From NCBI RefSeq assembly GCF_009834535.1, contig NC_045696.1, forward strand, positions 120,220,001-120,284,000: a stretch of 64,000 nt of DNA. The letters are read 5' to 3'. Of the stretch, positions 36,801-49,698 are shown in pieces (positions within the stretch are counted from its first letter, which is position 1; each line of letters opens with the position of its first letter). The position numbers and the translations under genes are program-made. Below the pieces are notes generated by a model, which was not told where the DNA came from, ran no database searches, and saw only the letters and a program-made list of their open reading frames with translations. The DNA is from Camelus ferus (taxonomy: Eukaryota).

Positions 36801-38965
36801 AACCTTTGGACTAACTTATATAAGTTTGCGATCCACAGCCTTTACAATATATTTGCCTTTACCAATTGGATTTTCCCTTCCTATGATTTCTTATGTCTTG
36901 CAGGTTTTTCTTTTTCTCTTAAAGAAGACACTTTAACACTTCTTGTAAGATTGGTTTAATATTGATAAACTTTTATTTCTTGCTTGTCTGAGAAACTCTA
37001 TCTCTTCTTGAATTCTAAATGATGAGTTTGCTGGGCTGAATATCAGAATTTGTAGGTTTTTTTCCTTTCAGAACTTCAGATATATCATGCCACTCCCTTC
37101 TGGCTTGCAAACTTTCTGCTGAAAGTCAGCTAATAGCCTTATGGGGGTTTCTTTGTAACTATTTGTTTTCCTTTTGCTGCCTTTGACATTATCTTTTGCC
37201 ATGTTAATTATTATATATCTTGGTGTGGCTCTCTTTGGGTTCAACTTATTTTGGACTCTGTATGCTTCCTGGACTTGGATATCTGTTTCCTTATTCAGGT
37301 TCAAGAAATTTTCAGCCATACTTTCATCATATGTAGAATCTCCCTTAAACTATTCTCATTTTTTAAAATTTGTTTTTCTTTTTGGTGATCTGACTAGATC
37401 ACTTCCATTTTTCTATCTTCCAGATAACTTATGCATTCTTCTGTGACTCCTAATCTGCTGTTAATTCCCTCTAATGTATTTTTCATTTCAGTTATTGTAT
37501 TCTTCAGCTGTGACTGGTTCTTTTTTATATTTTCTACTTCTTTCTTAAAATTCTCACTATGTTCATCTATTCTTTTTGCAGATTCAGTTACAATCTTATT
37601 ACTGTTGCCTTGAACTCTTTATTAGGTAAATTATTTATCTCTATTTCATTAGGGCTTTTTTTTTTTTTCAAGTTTTTCCCCCGTTCTTTCATTGAAAACA
37701 TATTCCTCTGCTTTCTCATTTTGTTTAACTTTTTCTGTCTTCATGAGTTTAGGTGAAACAGTCACTTATCCTGGTTTTGAAGGCATGTCCTTGTGTGGGA
37801 GCATTCCTATATAGTGTGCCCAGTGGCCTTGGTGGGGAGCTGGATCTGAAGTGAGCATGGGCTTTTATTCTCCAGGATGTGCTGGCGGCCACCACCTTGG
37901 TGGGTGGTAGGGCTAGGTTGGAGGGGCAAGAGCCAGAGCCAGGTGTAATCTGGGGCATCTCCTATTCTCAATGACTGTCACTGCTGTACTGGGGGCAGGG
38001 TCAGGCCTGGGGACCTAGAGTAGGAGCCCTGAAGGAGCTGGGTTTCACCTGGGTTTGATGGCAGTCTCAGCCTTGTTTGGGGGTGTAGCTGGGACCTGAG
38101 GACTTGGGGATGCACTTCGGAGCTGGTTTCACTATTTTCCTGGTGTTTGTGCCTTGGTTAGAGATTGGGTTGGGGCTGGCGGTGTTGGTGCCACACTACT
38201 GAGCTGGTTTTGCTGTCTCCTAAGTGTGCTCAGGAACATGTAGGCAGGTGATGGCAGTTTCTGCACTGGAGCTAGTTTCACTCCCATCTTGAGTGTGGGC
38301 ACTGTTGCATGTGCACTGGTGGTGGCTACCTCCACCTGGTCAGAGGCAGGTCCAGGACTCTGAGCCGGCTCCATTCCCTCCAAGTGTGCACACTCTTGTT
38401 GGCAATGCCTGCCTCTGCCTTAGTGGGAGAGCAGCACCAAGAGGGGCTGGAGCCGGAGCCTGGTATGGGCTGGGGAAGCATGCTGGGTGGTCAGTGGCAA
38501 GCCAGTCAGAGACCCAGGCGGTTTTCAATCTTCTGCCTCCGTGCTGTGACTGGGAGCAGGCAAGTCTGTGCATGTGCTTTTCGAGAGCAGAGCTCAGTTT
38601 CCTACAGCCCTGCAGTTAAGCCCCATTGGTTTTCAAACCAGTTAAGGGAGCTTGTTTTCCAGTTGTTGAACCCCAAACCTTGGATACCTAATATGTGACT
38701 AGAACACTTCTCTTCCCAGGGAGGGTTGCTGAGTCTGTGATACCGCATCTCTTCTGGGTACCCCAGTAGGGGTGCAGGTCAACCGGATCACTTCTCCCTT
38801 CCTACCAGACTCCCTGTGGATCTTTCTTTATGGCCTTGGTTGTGGAAGAGCCATCTTGCTAGTTCCCAGGTCGGTTTCATCGAGTCTCTCTCTATGTAGT
38901 TGTAGTTTTGATGTGTTTGTGAGGAGAGGTGAGCCCAGCGTCCTCCTAGTCCACCATCTTGATCT
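33870..38965 (-). mobile_element. 5' ~5 kb of an L1 (5'UTR, degraded ORF1, ORF2 endonuclease to RT region); 3' end missing
   Basis: ORF2 start MAVSTYLSIITLNVNGLNAPIKRHRVTEWIKK (36236..36439-). ORF1 remnant MAENFLNLNKETDIQVQEAYRVQNKLNPKRATPRYIII (37068..37319-). The 5' end reads caagatggtggactaggaggacgc on the - strand near 38960. Confidence 0.92.
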
Positions 38966-39434
38966 CTTCTTTCAAAGATTGTTTGGCTTTCTAAATGAAA
39001 TCCCAAGACTGGGCCATTCCTACTGAAAGAACATTTTTCCTTTGATTTTGATGAAGTTTACATCGAGCCCTTTATTTTTGCTGGATGCTTGGATGCCTTT
39101 GGAGAGTCCTGTTAATCATGAATGCTTTGATTACAAGCTCAAAGACAAGACAAATGCTTTGGCATTGAACTCGAGACACTTCCTCCTAAGTCTCTAGCTA
39201 TTCGAGTGAGCAGTCCTCCCTCCACTCTAGCTAAGCTGATTTCCCCACTCTCCCTTGACATTTTTGCATTGTGCCCCTTTAGCCTGTGCTCGGGTTATCT
39301 TTCATGCCTGGAATACCTCCTTCCCTCTTCTCCTCCATCAACATATCCTATCCCATCTTCAAGGTCTTCTCTTCAGGAGACTTTCTCTCATCTGATATAT
39401 ACCTTATGAGAAATGTTCTTTCCCTACCGTGAAC

Positions 39435-40143
39435 TTTAGGGGAAGAATAGTTAAGCATAAAATCTCCTGCCAATGCAAAAATTCCTCCCCCCAAATATAT
39501 AGGAAAGACAGAAAACAGTGTTATTATTGAACAGACGTTGACTCAGACTACAATGGACATCATAGGCTCTCTGCTACAGAGGTTGCAAAGACAAGAGAGA
39601 AAGCTCTTCCTTTTGTCTAGACAAGCAGCTATAACCCATTATGTGCATTTTCTGGAGAGAAATGATAGCTAGTCGAGAAGACTTGACAGCACCATTTGTC
39701 ATACATAGTTCATTCCAAGTTCATCTGATAATTTGGGTGGTCATCTGTGTTTGTTAATTGCCTTTATCCAAAGAAAAATTGTTCCTTACCACAGAGGTGG
39801 TTTTGCAGCATGGAGCCAGGCGCCCTGCCAGAGTTAGGATCTTACTCTTCTATGGAAACTGAGAGATAGAGAAGCTATCTTTCTTGATGATTGTATTTTA
39901 AAGAGATGGCTTCCAAATCCTTGAGAAAAACATTCCTGGGTTGTAAAACTGGCAAAAAGACTTATTTAACTTAAAAAAATTTACATGTATCTCAAAAAGG
40001 CCAAAAAATAATTTGCAAATATAAAAGTTCTAAAGTAAATGCTTTAAGAAAAAGGAAATGAGGAGTGTCCCTCTTATCTTTTTTTTTTTTTCTCTTGTGC
40101 TAGGAAGACTTTTTTTTCCTTTTAAGTTGTATTTCCCCTTACA
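39435..40143 (-). mobile_element. Probable ERV1-class solo LTR
   Basis: ~700 bp unit ending cccttaca (TGTAAGGG start on the - strand), with reverse-strand polyA-like 'ttattattg' near 39520. Family not identified. Confidence 0.45.
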
Positions 40144-40370
40144 AAGTCAGACAGCCTTTTCAGTGAGTGCCATTAAAATGCTGCTTCTTTGTCGGAGGTA
40201 TCTATATGCTCAGTGTGTCTTGTTCCTGCTGTGTCATGGCAGGAAACGTACCCTGTGCTTCTGTGCTCTGGCATTTGATGTGTCCCCTGTATATTATTGG
40301 AAGTTAATTAAAATTGATTGAAGAATCAATATACCTGTATGATGTAGTAGCCAAGGTTGTGTTATATTTC

Positions 40371-40937
40371 TTTCTTTTTTTTTCAGTCTTTTTAATTGAA
40401 GCATAGTCAGTTTACAATGTTGTGTCAATTTCTGGTGTATAGCATAATGCTTCAGTCATATATGAACATGCATATATTCATTTCATATTCTTTTTCACCA
40501 TAAGCTACTACAAGATATCAAATACAGTTCCCTGTGCTGTACAGTATAAACTTGTTTATCTATTTCAATATATACTGATCCGTATCTGCAAATCTCAAAC
40601 TCCCCGTTTTTCCCTTCCTAACCCCCTACCCCCTGGTAAGTTTGTTTTCTATGTCTGTGAGTCTGTTTCTGTTTTGTAAATAAGTTCATTTGTCTTTTTT
40701 TTTAGATTCCATGTATGAGTGATATCATATGGTATTTTTTCATTCTCTTTCTTGCTTATTTCACTTAGAATGACATTCTCCAGGGCCATCCGTGTTGCTG
40801 CAAATGATGTTATTTTACTATTTTTTATGGCTGAGTAGTATTCCATTGTGTAAATATACCACAACTTCTTTAGCCAGTCATCTGTTGATGGACATTTAGG
40901 TTGTTTCCATGTCTTGGCTGTTGTAAATAGTGCTACT
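40371..40937 (-). mobile_element. 5'-truncated L1
   Basis: ORF 40649..40945(-) reads [23 protein letters not shown] ttgtgttatatttc / ttgtgtcatatttc. Confidence 0.9.
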
Positions 40938-41264
40938 TGTGTCATATTTCAAAGCTACTTTACTTTCAAATATGAATCATCTGTTCAGTTATTTTGGTGT
41001 TAAGTTTACTTTGATAAATGCACTTTGTGGGGGGAAACTGAAAATCAGTCTCAAGGGAAAATTTTATACAGTGCTAAGTTCTGCTTAATTTTTCATAATG
41101 GCTTCTAAATGCCACATTCAGAGCCTTCAATATAAAAGAAATGCCATTGAAATCACCAGTCAGAATGGATATACATAAAAGAGAAACTGTACAAAATTTA
41201 ACCCAGTTAGATCTTTGTCAACCAGAAGTCTCCAAGAGAATTATCCTTTAGTGCCTTAAGGTGG

Positions 41265-41450
41265 TGGTTTTCAAAGTGTGGTCCCAGACTAGGAGCACAG
41301 TAATAGCTGGAAATTTGTTAAAAATGCACATTTTCAGGCTCCACTCTATACTTTTTGAATCAGAAACTATATGGAGGTTGGGTCTAGCTGTTTCTGTTTT
41401 CATAAACCCTGAAGGTGGTTTCTATATTCCCTAATGCTGAGAACCACTGA
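41265..41450. mobile_element. MER5A DNA transposon fossil
   Basis: gtggttttcaaagtgtggtccc...gttaaaaatgcacattttcaggc...tgaatcagaaact...tgagaaccactg. Confidence 0.75.
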
Positions 41451-42241
41451 CCCCAAACATCCGTTGCATGTAACGAATTAGCTTATTTCCATTGCATCTA
41501 ATACTACTTATATACCATTCTTGGGAGAGTAGAGAAAATAGCCACTCAAGTGATTTTTTGTGTGTTCAGATTGAGAAAGGCTACAGCGGATTTTAGCTCT
41601 TTCAGGCTACTGTACTGTCCACCCTACAAGGATGCCAATACACGGCCCAAAGGGGTGACATGTCTGGGACCTGGAGCCCTGGACATCCACTTGTGAGCCT
41701 GTTGTCTTTCTATTCAGTCCCATCCCTGGTTTCAGTCATCAATTCCCAAGCATCCCCAACTCCTCTGACTCTTATCCCCTGAGATGCTGTGGGCCTACGA
41801 ATTCTCTTGGGAACTGCTTTCTTGATGAGCCAAGGTAGGTGCCCCACGTACATCTGATGGAACCTGCTTGTCTTTCTGGTGTGGGTTCTAGGGGAGTCAG
41901 TAGTAAGAAAGCAGTACCTTTGGCTGAAAGTTGGAAGGATGCCATGTGTACCAAATTAGCCTAAGACACTATTCTCCAATAGTGAATCAGACTGGGAGAA
42001 AATAATAGGATAAAGTCCTCCATTCCCCGATGGCTCTTTATCTGCTAATAACTGCAGTAGGTTGTGATTAACACTTCAGGAAAAGGTACTGAGGGGAGGT
42101 ACTGAAGTTTTGAGGGGGAGCACAGAGAAACAGAACGCCCTGCAGAGGAAAAGCCAAGGGTAACTCCCAGAGGATGTAGCAAGAGAAGAAGGGACAGGAT
42201 AACATGTCTAATGAGAATTGTTACTAGATCTGTTTAAAAAA

Positions 42242-42390
42242 TTTTTTTTGATTTGCTTTTGGGGGTGGGGAGAATTATATATATTTATGTACTTACTTAC
42301 TTACTTATTTATGGAGGTCCTAAGGGTTGAACCCAGCACCTCATGAATGCTAAGGGTATACTCTACCACTGAGCTGTACTCACCACCCTC
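42242..42390 (-). mobile_element. tRNA-derived SINE
   Basis: atggaggtcctaagggttgaacccagcacc...ctctaccactgagctgtac. Confidence 0.8.
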
Positions 42391-43896
42391 TCAGATCATT
42401 TTTACAGCGTGTGAGATAAGTCCTATTTTGTTGCTCATTTGAAAATCATCAACAAAATCTACATTGCTCATTAATCCTTTCAATATGAGTGATAGCCTTT
42501 AAGAGGATTAATTTAAATTTCTTCCCACAGAGATGATGAGTCCTGGCTGTTTTCTAGGTTTCTTAAGGCCAAAATAGAGACAATGTTTTAATTAAACGTC
42601 ATTCAGAGATTCAGATGCTTTAACAAAAATTTCCCAGCAGTGCTTCTGTTGAATATTGGCATGATTTCAAAGAAGGTTTTCAGGAATTAAATGGAGGTGG
42701 GAAGCTTCTCTTATCTCTTTCTCTAGACTAAGGGTCCTTTTCAAGATCTGTTTTCATTTGAGCAAGAGAATAAAAATTGTGGTCCCTGGCCCCAGTATTA
42801 TTCCAGTTAAACCTGTGCAAGGACTAGATCCTGGCCTCTTTTCCAGATGCTAAGCTTGGCAGGATACAGCTAGCTCATGCTCCAATGGCCAGGAGGGTTT
42901 TGAAGTGGTCTTTGGCTATTGTTGATGCTAAGACAAAGGGCTTCTCTGTCTCTCCCCAGTGCAAAACTCATCTCCATCAATTTCTTATGTTTTTATAGAG
43001 AGCCATTCAGCTTGGACTTGGCTATGTCCATCTTGCTTGTTCACATCTGCTGCTTGACCCTGTTTTCGAAGAATTTGAATCATTCTGGAGAGGATGCTTT
43101 TGTTTGGTTTACGGAAACAGAAACATCCTCCAGCTATAAGTATCCACTTTCTCAGAAAGTCACAAGGATTATGAAGAATAAACAACTTTTCTCATCTCAC
43201 TCATGTCACTAATAACGTCTCTCATTCTCCCAAAGCACTCAAGCCAGAAAACTCGTGGCCAGCCCTAACACCTTTCTTCCCTTCATGTCCTGTGTCAGAC
43301 CTAGGGCCAAACCAAAATATTGTGTTGTCAAGTGGCTCGATTGTGGCCACTTCCCACTGTTTTCACTGTCATGATGGTGGTCGAGCCCCCATCGCCTCTT
43401 ACCTGGACCTCTGCAGTAGTCTCCAGTCTGGTTCTCTGCTTCTGTACTCACCATTTAGTTATCACAAAGCAGGTGTGGTGTTCTACTTGAAATGTAAGCA
43501 ACATCATGTTTCTTTCCTACCCAAAATCTTTCAATGATTTTTCGATGTGTTTGATAAAATCCAGGTTCTGGAACAAGCTTACATAATACTTGACCCTGCT
43601 TACTTCTCTGAGCACATTTTGGGCTATTCCCCACAGCCCCACTCCCAATGCTTTTGTTCATTAAATTGTTTACTTGTTTGGCTGTATTGGAATGAATTGT
43701 GTTTGCAAATTCCCAAAGCTTAGCCTAAAGCTTTAGCCTATACATTCTATCCATGGATCTGTAACAGTGTAATACATATCACATAGGCAAGGCATATATC
43801 ATATGTTACCATATCATACAAAATGTCTTACTTTTGTCTGGATCACCATGGAAGAGTATCAGGCATTTTAAAAAAATCTTGATCATTTTCAATCTT

Positions 43897-45483
43897 TTTT
43901 TTTTTTTAACATTTTTTATTAATTTATAATCATTTTACAATATTGTGTCAAATTCCAGTGTAGAGCACAATTTTTCAGTTATACATGAACATATATATAT
44001 ATATATTCATTGTCACATTTTTTTCTCTGTGAGCTACCATAAGATCTTGTATATAGTTCCCTGTGCTATACAGTATAATCTTGTTTATCTGTTCTACAAT
44101 TTTGAAATCCCAATCTGTCCCTTCCTACCCCCTACCCCTTTGGCAACCACAAGTTTGTATTCTATGTCTATGAGTCTATTTCTGTTTCGTATTTATGCTT
44201 TGTTTGTTTGTTTGTTTTAAGATTCCACATATGAATGATCTCATATGGTATTTTTCTTTCTCTTTCTGGCTTACTTCACTTAGAATGACATTCTCCAGGA
44301 GCATACATGTTGCTGCAAATGGTGTTATGTTGTTGGTTTTTATGGCTGAATAGTATTCAATTGTATAAATATACCACTTCTTCTTTATCCAGTCGTCTGT
44401 TGATGGACATTTAGGCTGTTTCCATGTCTTGGCTATTGTAAATAGCGCTGCTATGAACATTGGGGTGCAGGTGTCTTTTTGAAGTAGGGTTCCTTCTGGA
44501 TATATGCCCAGCAGTGGGATTCCTGGGTCACATGGTAAGTCTATTCCTAGTCTTTTGAGGAATCTCCATACTGTTTTCCACAGTGGCTGCACCAAACTGC
44601 ATTCCCACCAGCAGTGTAGGAGGGTTCCCTTTCCTCCACAGGCTTTCCAGCATTTGTCGTTTGTGGATTTTTGAATGATGGCCATTCTGACTGGTGTGAG
44701 GTGATACCTCATTGTAGTTTTGATTTGCGTTTCTCTGATAATTAGTGATACTGAGCATTTTTTCATGTGCCTATTGATCGTTTGTATTTCTTCCTTGGAG
44801 AATTGCTTGTTTAGGTCTTCTGCCCATTTTTGGATTGGGTTGTTTGGTTGTTTCTTATTAAGTCATATGAGCTGCTTATATATTCTGGAGATCAAGTCTT
44901 TGTCAGTTTCATTTGCAAAATTTTCTCCCATTCCGTACGTTGTCTTTTTGTTTTACTTCTGGTTTCCTTTGCTGTGCAGAAGCTTGTAAGTTTCATTAGG
45001 TCCCATTTGCTTATTCTTGCTTTTATTTCTATTGCTTGGGTAGACTGTTCTAGGAGAATATTTTTGAGATGTATGTCAGATAATGTTTTGCCTGTATTTC
45101 CTTCTAGGAGCTTTAAGGTGTCTTGTCTTATGTTTAAGCCTTTGATCCATTTTGAGTTGATTTTTGTGTATGGTGTAATGGAGTGTTCTAGCTTCGCTGA
45201 TTTACATACTGCTGTCTAGTTTTCCCAACACCATTTGCTGAAGAGACTGTCTTTATTCCATTGTATATTCTTGCCTCCTTTGTTGAAGACTAGTTGACCA
45301 AAAATTTGTGGGTTCATGTCTGAGCTCTCTATTCTGTTCCATTGGTCCATATGTCTGTTTTGGTACCAATACCATGCTGTCTTGATGACTGTAGCTCTGT
45401 AGTATTGTCTGAAGTCTGGGAGAGTTATTCCTCCAGCCTCTTTCTTTTTCTTCAGTAATGCTTTGGCAATTCTAGTTCTTTTG
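43897..45483 (-). mobile_element. Young 5'-truncated L1 (copy A; left arm of inversion)
   Basis: Open 196-aa ORF2 C-terminus (44176..44766-), 3'UTR and poly-T near 43895-43907. Confidence 0.95.
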
Positions 45484-47214
45484 TCCTCTCACTACTTAAT
45501 TTTTAATTAGATATTTTTCTAACTCATTTGTATGGAGTTCCTTGTGTGTTATAAATATAAGTAATATATTAAAGGGGTTCAAGTCATACAAAGATTTTTC
45601 TTTGAACACACTGGAGTTCTATTAGAAATCAATACCAGAATGACAGTATTTTTCCCTTTAATCTATTAAGTGATCTTTATTTTCTAATATTGAGCTATCT
45701 TTGCATTCCTGGGTAAAATAAACACTGTTCAAATTACATTATTCTCTTATTTTTATTCTATTCTCTTCTTGTCTAATTCTTATATTTGATATCAGTGTTC
45801 TCTTAGCTAAATAAAATTAGTTGGGTAGTTTATAATCTTTGTCTATGTTCTGAAATAGTTGATATCAAATAGGATATTTCAAAGGATAATTAATCTCTTG
45901 AAAAATTGGTAGAACTTCTCTATAAAACTGTTTGGACATGGGGGCATATTATTTAGGAGTGGTGTTTGTTAGGTCCTTGATTTCTATAAAGTTTTCCTAC
46001 TTTTCAGGCAGTTTTGATATTTTATATTTTTCTATAAAATTTTACTTTTAGCCTGAGTTTTAGGATAATTTGCATAAGATTTTATGTAACACCCTTATTA
46101 TTTAACTTCCTTTATATCAATACAAAAATAATAATAATAGCTAATATTTATATGGTTATTTTCCTAAGCAGGTTTGCATATATTCCTTATGTAAGTTATT
46201 TGTGCCTTCTGTTTTTCTTCTACAGACTTTTCAAAATATTTTCTATTTATTGGTGTTTTTAAAGAAGTACATATGGTTTATTGATCAAATGTCCTTTTTT
46301 TTATTTTAGTAATTTTTGCTTCAATTTTATTATTTCCTTCAGTTTACTGTTTTCAGTTTATTGATATCAATACATATTTTTCTATCTTTTAAAAATTAAT
46401 TTACCTAAAACTACAGACATTTCCTCTGACTACTGCTCCAGTTAAACAAAAAAGTTTTTTGTGTATTCTTCTCATTTTCATTCATGTCTAAATACTGTCT
46501 AACTTCCATTTAAATTTCCTTTTTAACCTGAGTTAAAGTATTTTCTTTCCATTTTTCCACTTGTACTTATTACTTTTGTAACAAGAAATCATTGGACTAT
46601 GACTTGTTTGATACGAGTGGTTTAGAATTCATCAGGATTTCTTTCGTCACTGTATTAACGTTTTAGTTGTTTTCCCAATTTCTATTCCACCCCTACCTCA
46701 CTGTATCCCATTCATGAAATGTGGGTGAAACTGACCTCACCTCTACTCCAGGAATAGGCTTTGATTGGCCTAAGACAATCAGGGTAATCTCCCCTTGTCA
46801 CTATAGTGGTTCAGGTAATCCTAAACTAATCTAGTCAGTGTCTGATCTTCCTGTGAACATATGAATTTGTTCAAGATTTATATTCGCTCTGTCTAGGTAA
46901 TCCCCAGACCTTGAAGTTAAAATGGTTCCAAGCTGGTGATACTACCTGATACCCAGCAGAAGCAAATACAAATTCGTCCTGAATTTGGAATGAGAATAGA
47001 AATATTAATTAATTATTACGTATGCATGCTATGTTTTTAAGAGTAATGACTAAAAAAGTAGAGAGTGCATAGTTTCCAAACCAGTAGGAGGGAATAAATG
47101 GAATTTTTAAAAAAGGATTATTGTACCATAGGAGCAGTACAAACAACTTTATTTATAGACAATGTAGGATATAAAACATTTATTACATTAACCCAGGTTA
47201 TCTCTAAAGGTGTA

Positions 47215-47470
47215 AAATATAATGGTTAAGAAGATGGACTCTAGAATCAGCTTAGGTTCAAATCCTACTCTCAGTACTTATTAGCTTATTAGTACTTGTG
47301 ATCTCAAGAAAGTCATGTATCTTTCCTGTTCCTCAGCTTTCTCATCTGTAAATTAGAGGTTATAACAGTACATGTCTTATAGAGGAGTCATAAGACTTAC
47401 AGAGTGTCATAGACATTTATAGAGTGTCTTATGAGTTAATAAATATAAAATTCTTGGAACAGAAATCAGT
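47215..47470 (+). mobile_element. MIR
   Basis: atggttaagaagatggactctagaatcag...ggttcaaatcc...cctcagctttctcatctgtaaa. Confidence 0.75.
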
Positions 47471-47594
47471 ATAGAGTAAACACATAAAATGCTACTAAGA
47501 TTTGTGTTTAGAAAGGGGAAAAAAATTGTTTGCTTGTTTATACCTATCTCTGGAAGATTCACAATTAACTGATAAGAATGGTTGCGTTCACAAG

Positions 47595-47770
47595 GAATCA
47601 TATTCAATTTCTTGTAATAAGGTGTAATGGAAAAGGATCCAAAAAATATATATACATATATACACACACACACACATATGTATATGTATACCTAAATCAC
47701 TTTGATATACACTTGAAACTAACATTGTAAATCAACTACACCTCAATAAAAAATAAAATTAAAAAAAAAA
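47595..47770 (+). mobile_element. Short L1 3' tail with (TA)n(CA)n
   Basis: atattcaatttcttgtaataa...aatcactttg...aacattgtaaatcaactacacctcaataaaa followed by poly-A. Confidence 0.75.
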
Positions 47771-48365
47771 GAATGATTGCCTTCAAGGAATTGCCTTCAA
47801 GAACTGTAAACCTTCTATTCCTTTTGATTTTGATCCATGTACAGTTATTATCTATTTTTAAATTAATTTGGAAATATAGAGATAATGTATATTTTAAAAT
47901 ATATTTTAAATACATTATAAATTTTAAAAGATCACTGACATACTAGAATAGGCTAACTGCTATAACAAATAGACCCAACTCAACAGAAATTTATATGCGG
48001 TTCAAGTGTCCTAAGTCACCATACCAATTCCTCCTGCTTTTCCTCTACCTTACTTACAGCTTTGTAATAGGTCCTTTTATTACCCTCTCTTCAAATTACC
48101 CAGCTGGAGTCTTCCATCTAGGACTAAGATTAGGGAAACCCATCAAATTGAGGGGTGATGGAGGTGCCCAGTCAGATGTGTCCTTTTTACCACTTCCTTC
48201 ACACGAGTCCCATGTGGGGCACCCATCCTCTGGGGTCTCTGGTGGTTAAAAAGACATTCCCCAGGCTTTTGGCTTAGTCATGATTTGCAGCTTTTCCCAG
48301 CTGTTTTTCCCTCAAAAGCATAACACTGAGCAATCACTCAGAAAAGCATTTTAAGATTGCAAATG

Positions 48366-49698
48366 GGAGAGAGGAGGCCAAGATGGTGGAGTAGAAGGAC
48401 GCTCGTAGCTCACCCTCTCCCACAAATACACCAAGACTCACATCCACAGACCCACTCAGCCAACCAGAGCACCTGCAGGAACTCCGACAGAACATCGTCC
48501 TCTTCAAAAGACAGAGACGCCAAAAATCAAGTAGGAGAAAAGGAAAAAGGAAAGAAGAAAAGGCAAAACAGTGCTGGACGGTCCCACAGGGAGGTAGGGT
48601 CAGAGGAGGACTGGCGCTGGTTTGCTGGGTCTCCCCTCTCCAACCAAGAGGCCAGCGGGATGGAGGGGGAGCGTCCGAGTCTTGGATCTGTACAGAGCAG
48701 CCCTTGACCAATGGAACTTAGTTAAACGGGCACAGAGGGTCTCCGCGACACCAAGCCTGAGAGGCAGGCTGGCAGCTGGTGCCAGGACAGGCTGCCCGAG
48801 CGAGTGGAGGACTAGGGCAGGCTGCACTGAGGCAGCCCTGGGGGAATGAAAAAATGCTCAGTATCACTAATTATCAGAGAAATACAAATCAAAACTGCAA
48901 TGAGTTACCACCTCACACCAGTCAGAATGGCCATCATTCAAAAATCCACAAACGACAAATGCTGGAAAGCCTGTGGAGGAAAGGGAACCCTCCTACACTG
49001 CTGGTGGGAATGCAGTTTGGTGCAGCCACTGTGGAAAACAGTATGGAGATTCCTCAAAAGACTAGGAATAGACTTACCATGTGACCCAGGAATCCCACTG
49101 CTGGGCATATATCCAGAAGGAACCCTACTTCAAAAAGACACCTGCACCCCAATGTTCATAGCAGCACTATTTACAATAGCCAAGACATGGAAAAACAGCC
49201 TAATGTCCATCAACAGATGAGTGGTTAAAGAAGAAATGGTATATTTATACAATGGAATACTATTCAGCCATAAAAACCGACAACATAACACCATTTGCAG
49301 CAACATGGATGCTCCTGGAGAGTGTCATTCTAAGTGAAGTAAGCCAGAAAGAGAAAGAAAAATACCATATGAGATCATTCATATGTGGAATCTAAAAAAC
49401 AAAAAACAAACAAAACATAAATACAGAACAGAAATAGACTCATAGACATAGAATACAAACTTGTGGTTGCCAAGGGGGCGGGGAGTGGGAAGGGACAGAT
49501 TGGGATTTCAAAATTGTAGAATAGATAACGAAGATTATACTGTATAGCACAGGGGAATATATACAAGATCTTATGGTAGCTCACAGAGGAAAAAATGTGA
49601 CGATTATATATATGTTCATGTATAACTGAAAAATTGTGCCCTACACTGAAATTTGACACAACATTGTAAAATGATTATAACTCAATAAAAAATGTTAA
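48366..49698 (+). mobile_element. Young L1 (copy B): 5'UTR fused directly to the ORF2 3' end (internally deleted); right arm of inversion
   Basis: Starts ggagagaggaggccaagatggtggagtagaaggacgc (L1 5' end). At 48846 it jumps to ATGAAAAAATGCTCAGTATC (late ORF2), then 3'UTR and A tail. Confidence 0.92.

Noticed and set aside
44176..44766. 196-aa ORF as a host gene
   Set aside because: L1 ORF2 C-terminus in a 5'-truncated copy; cannot be autonomous.
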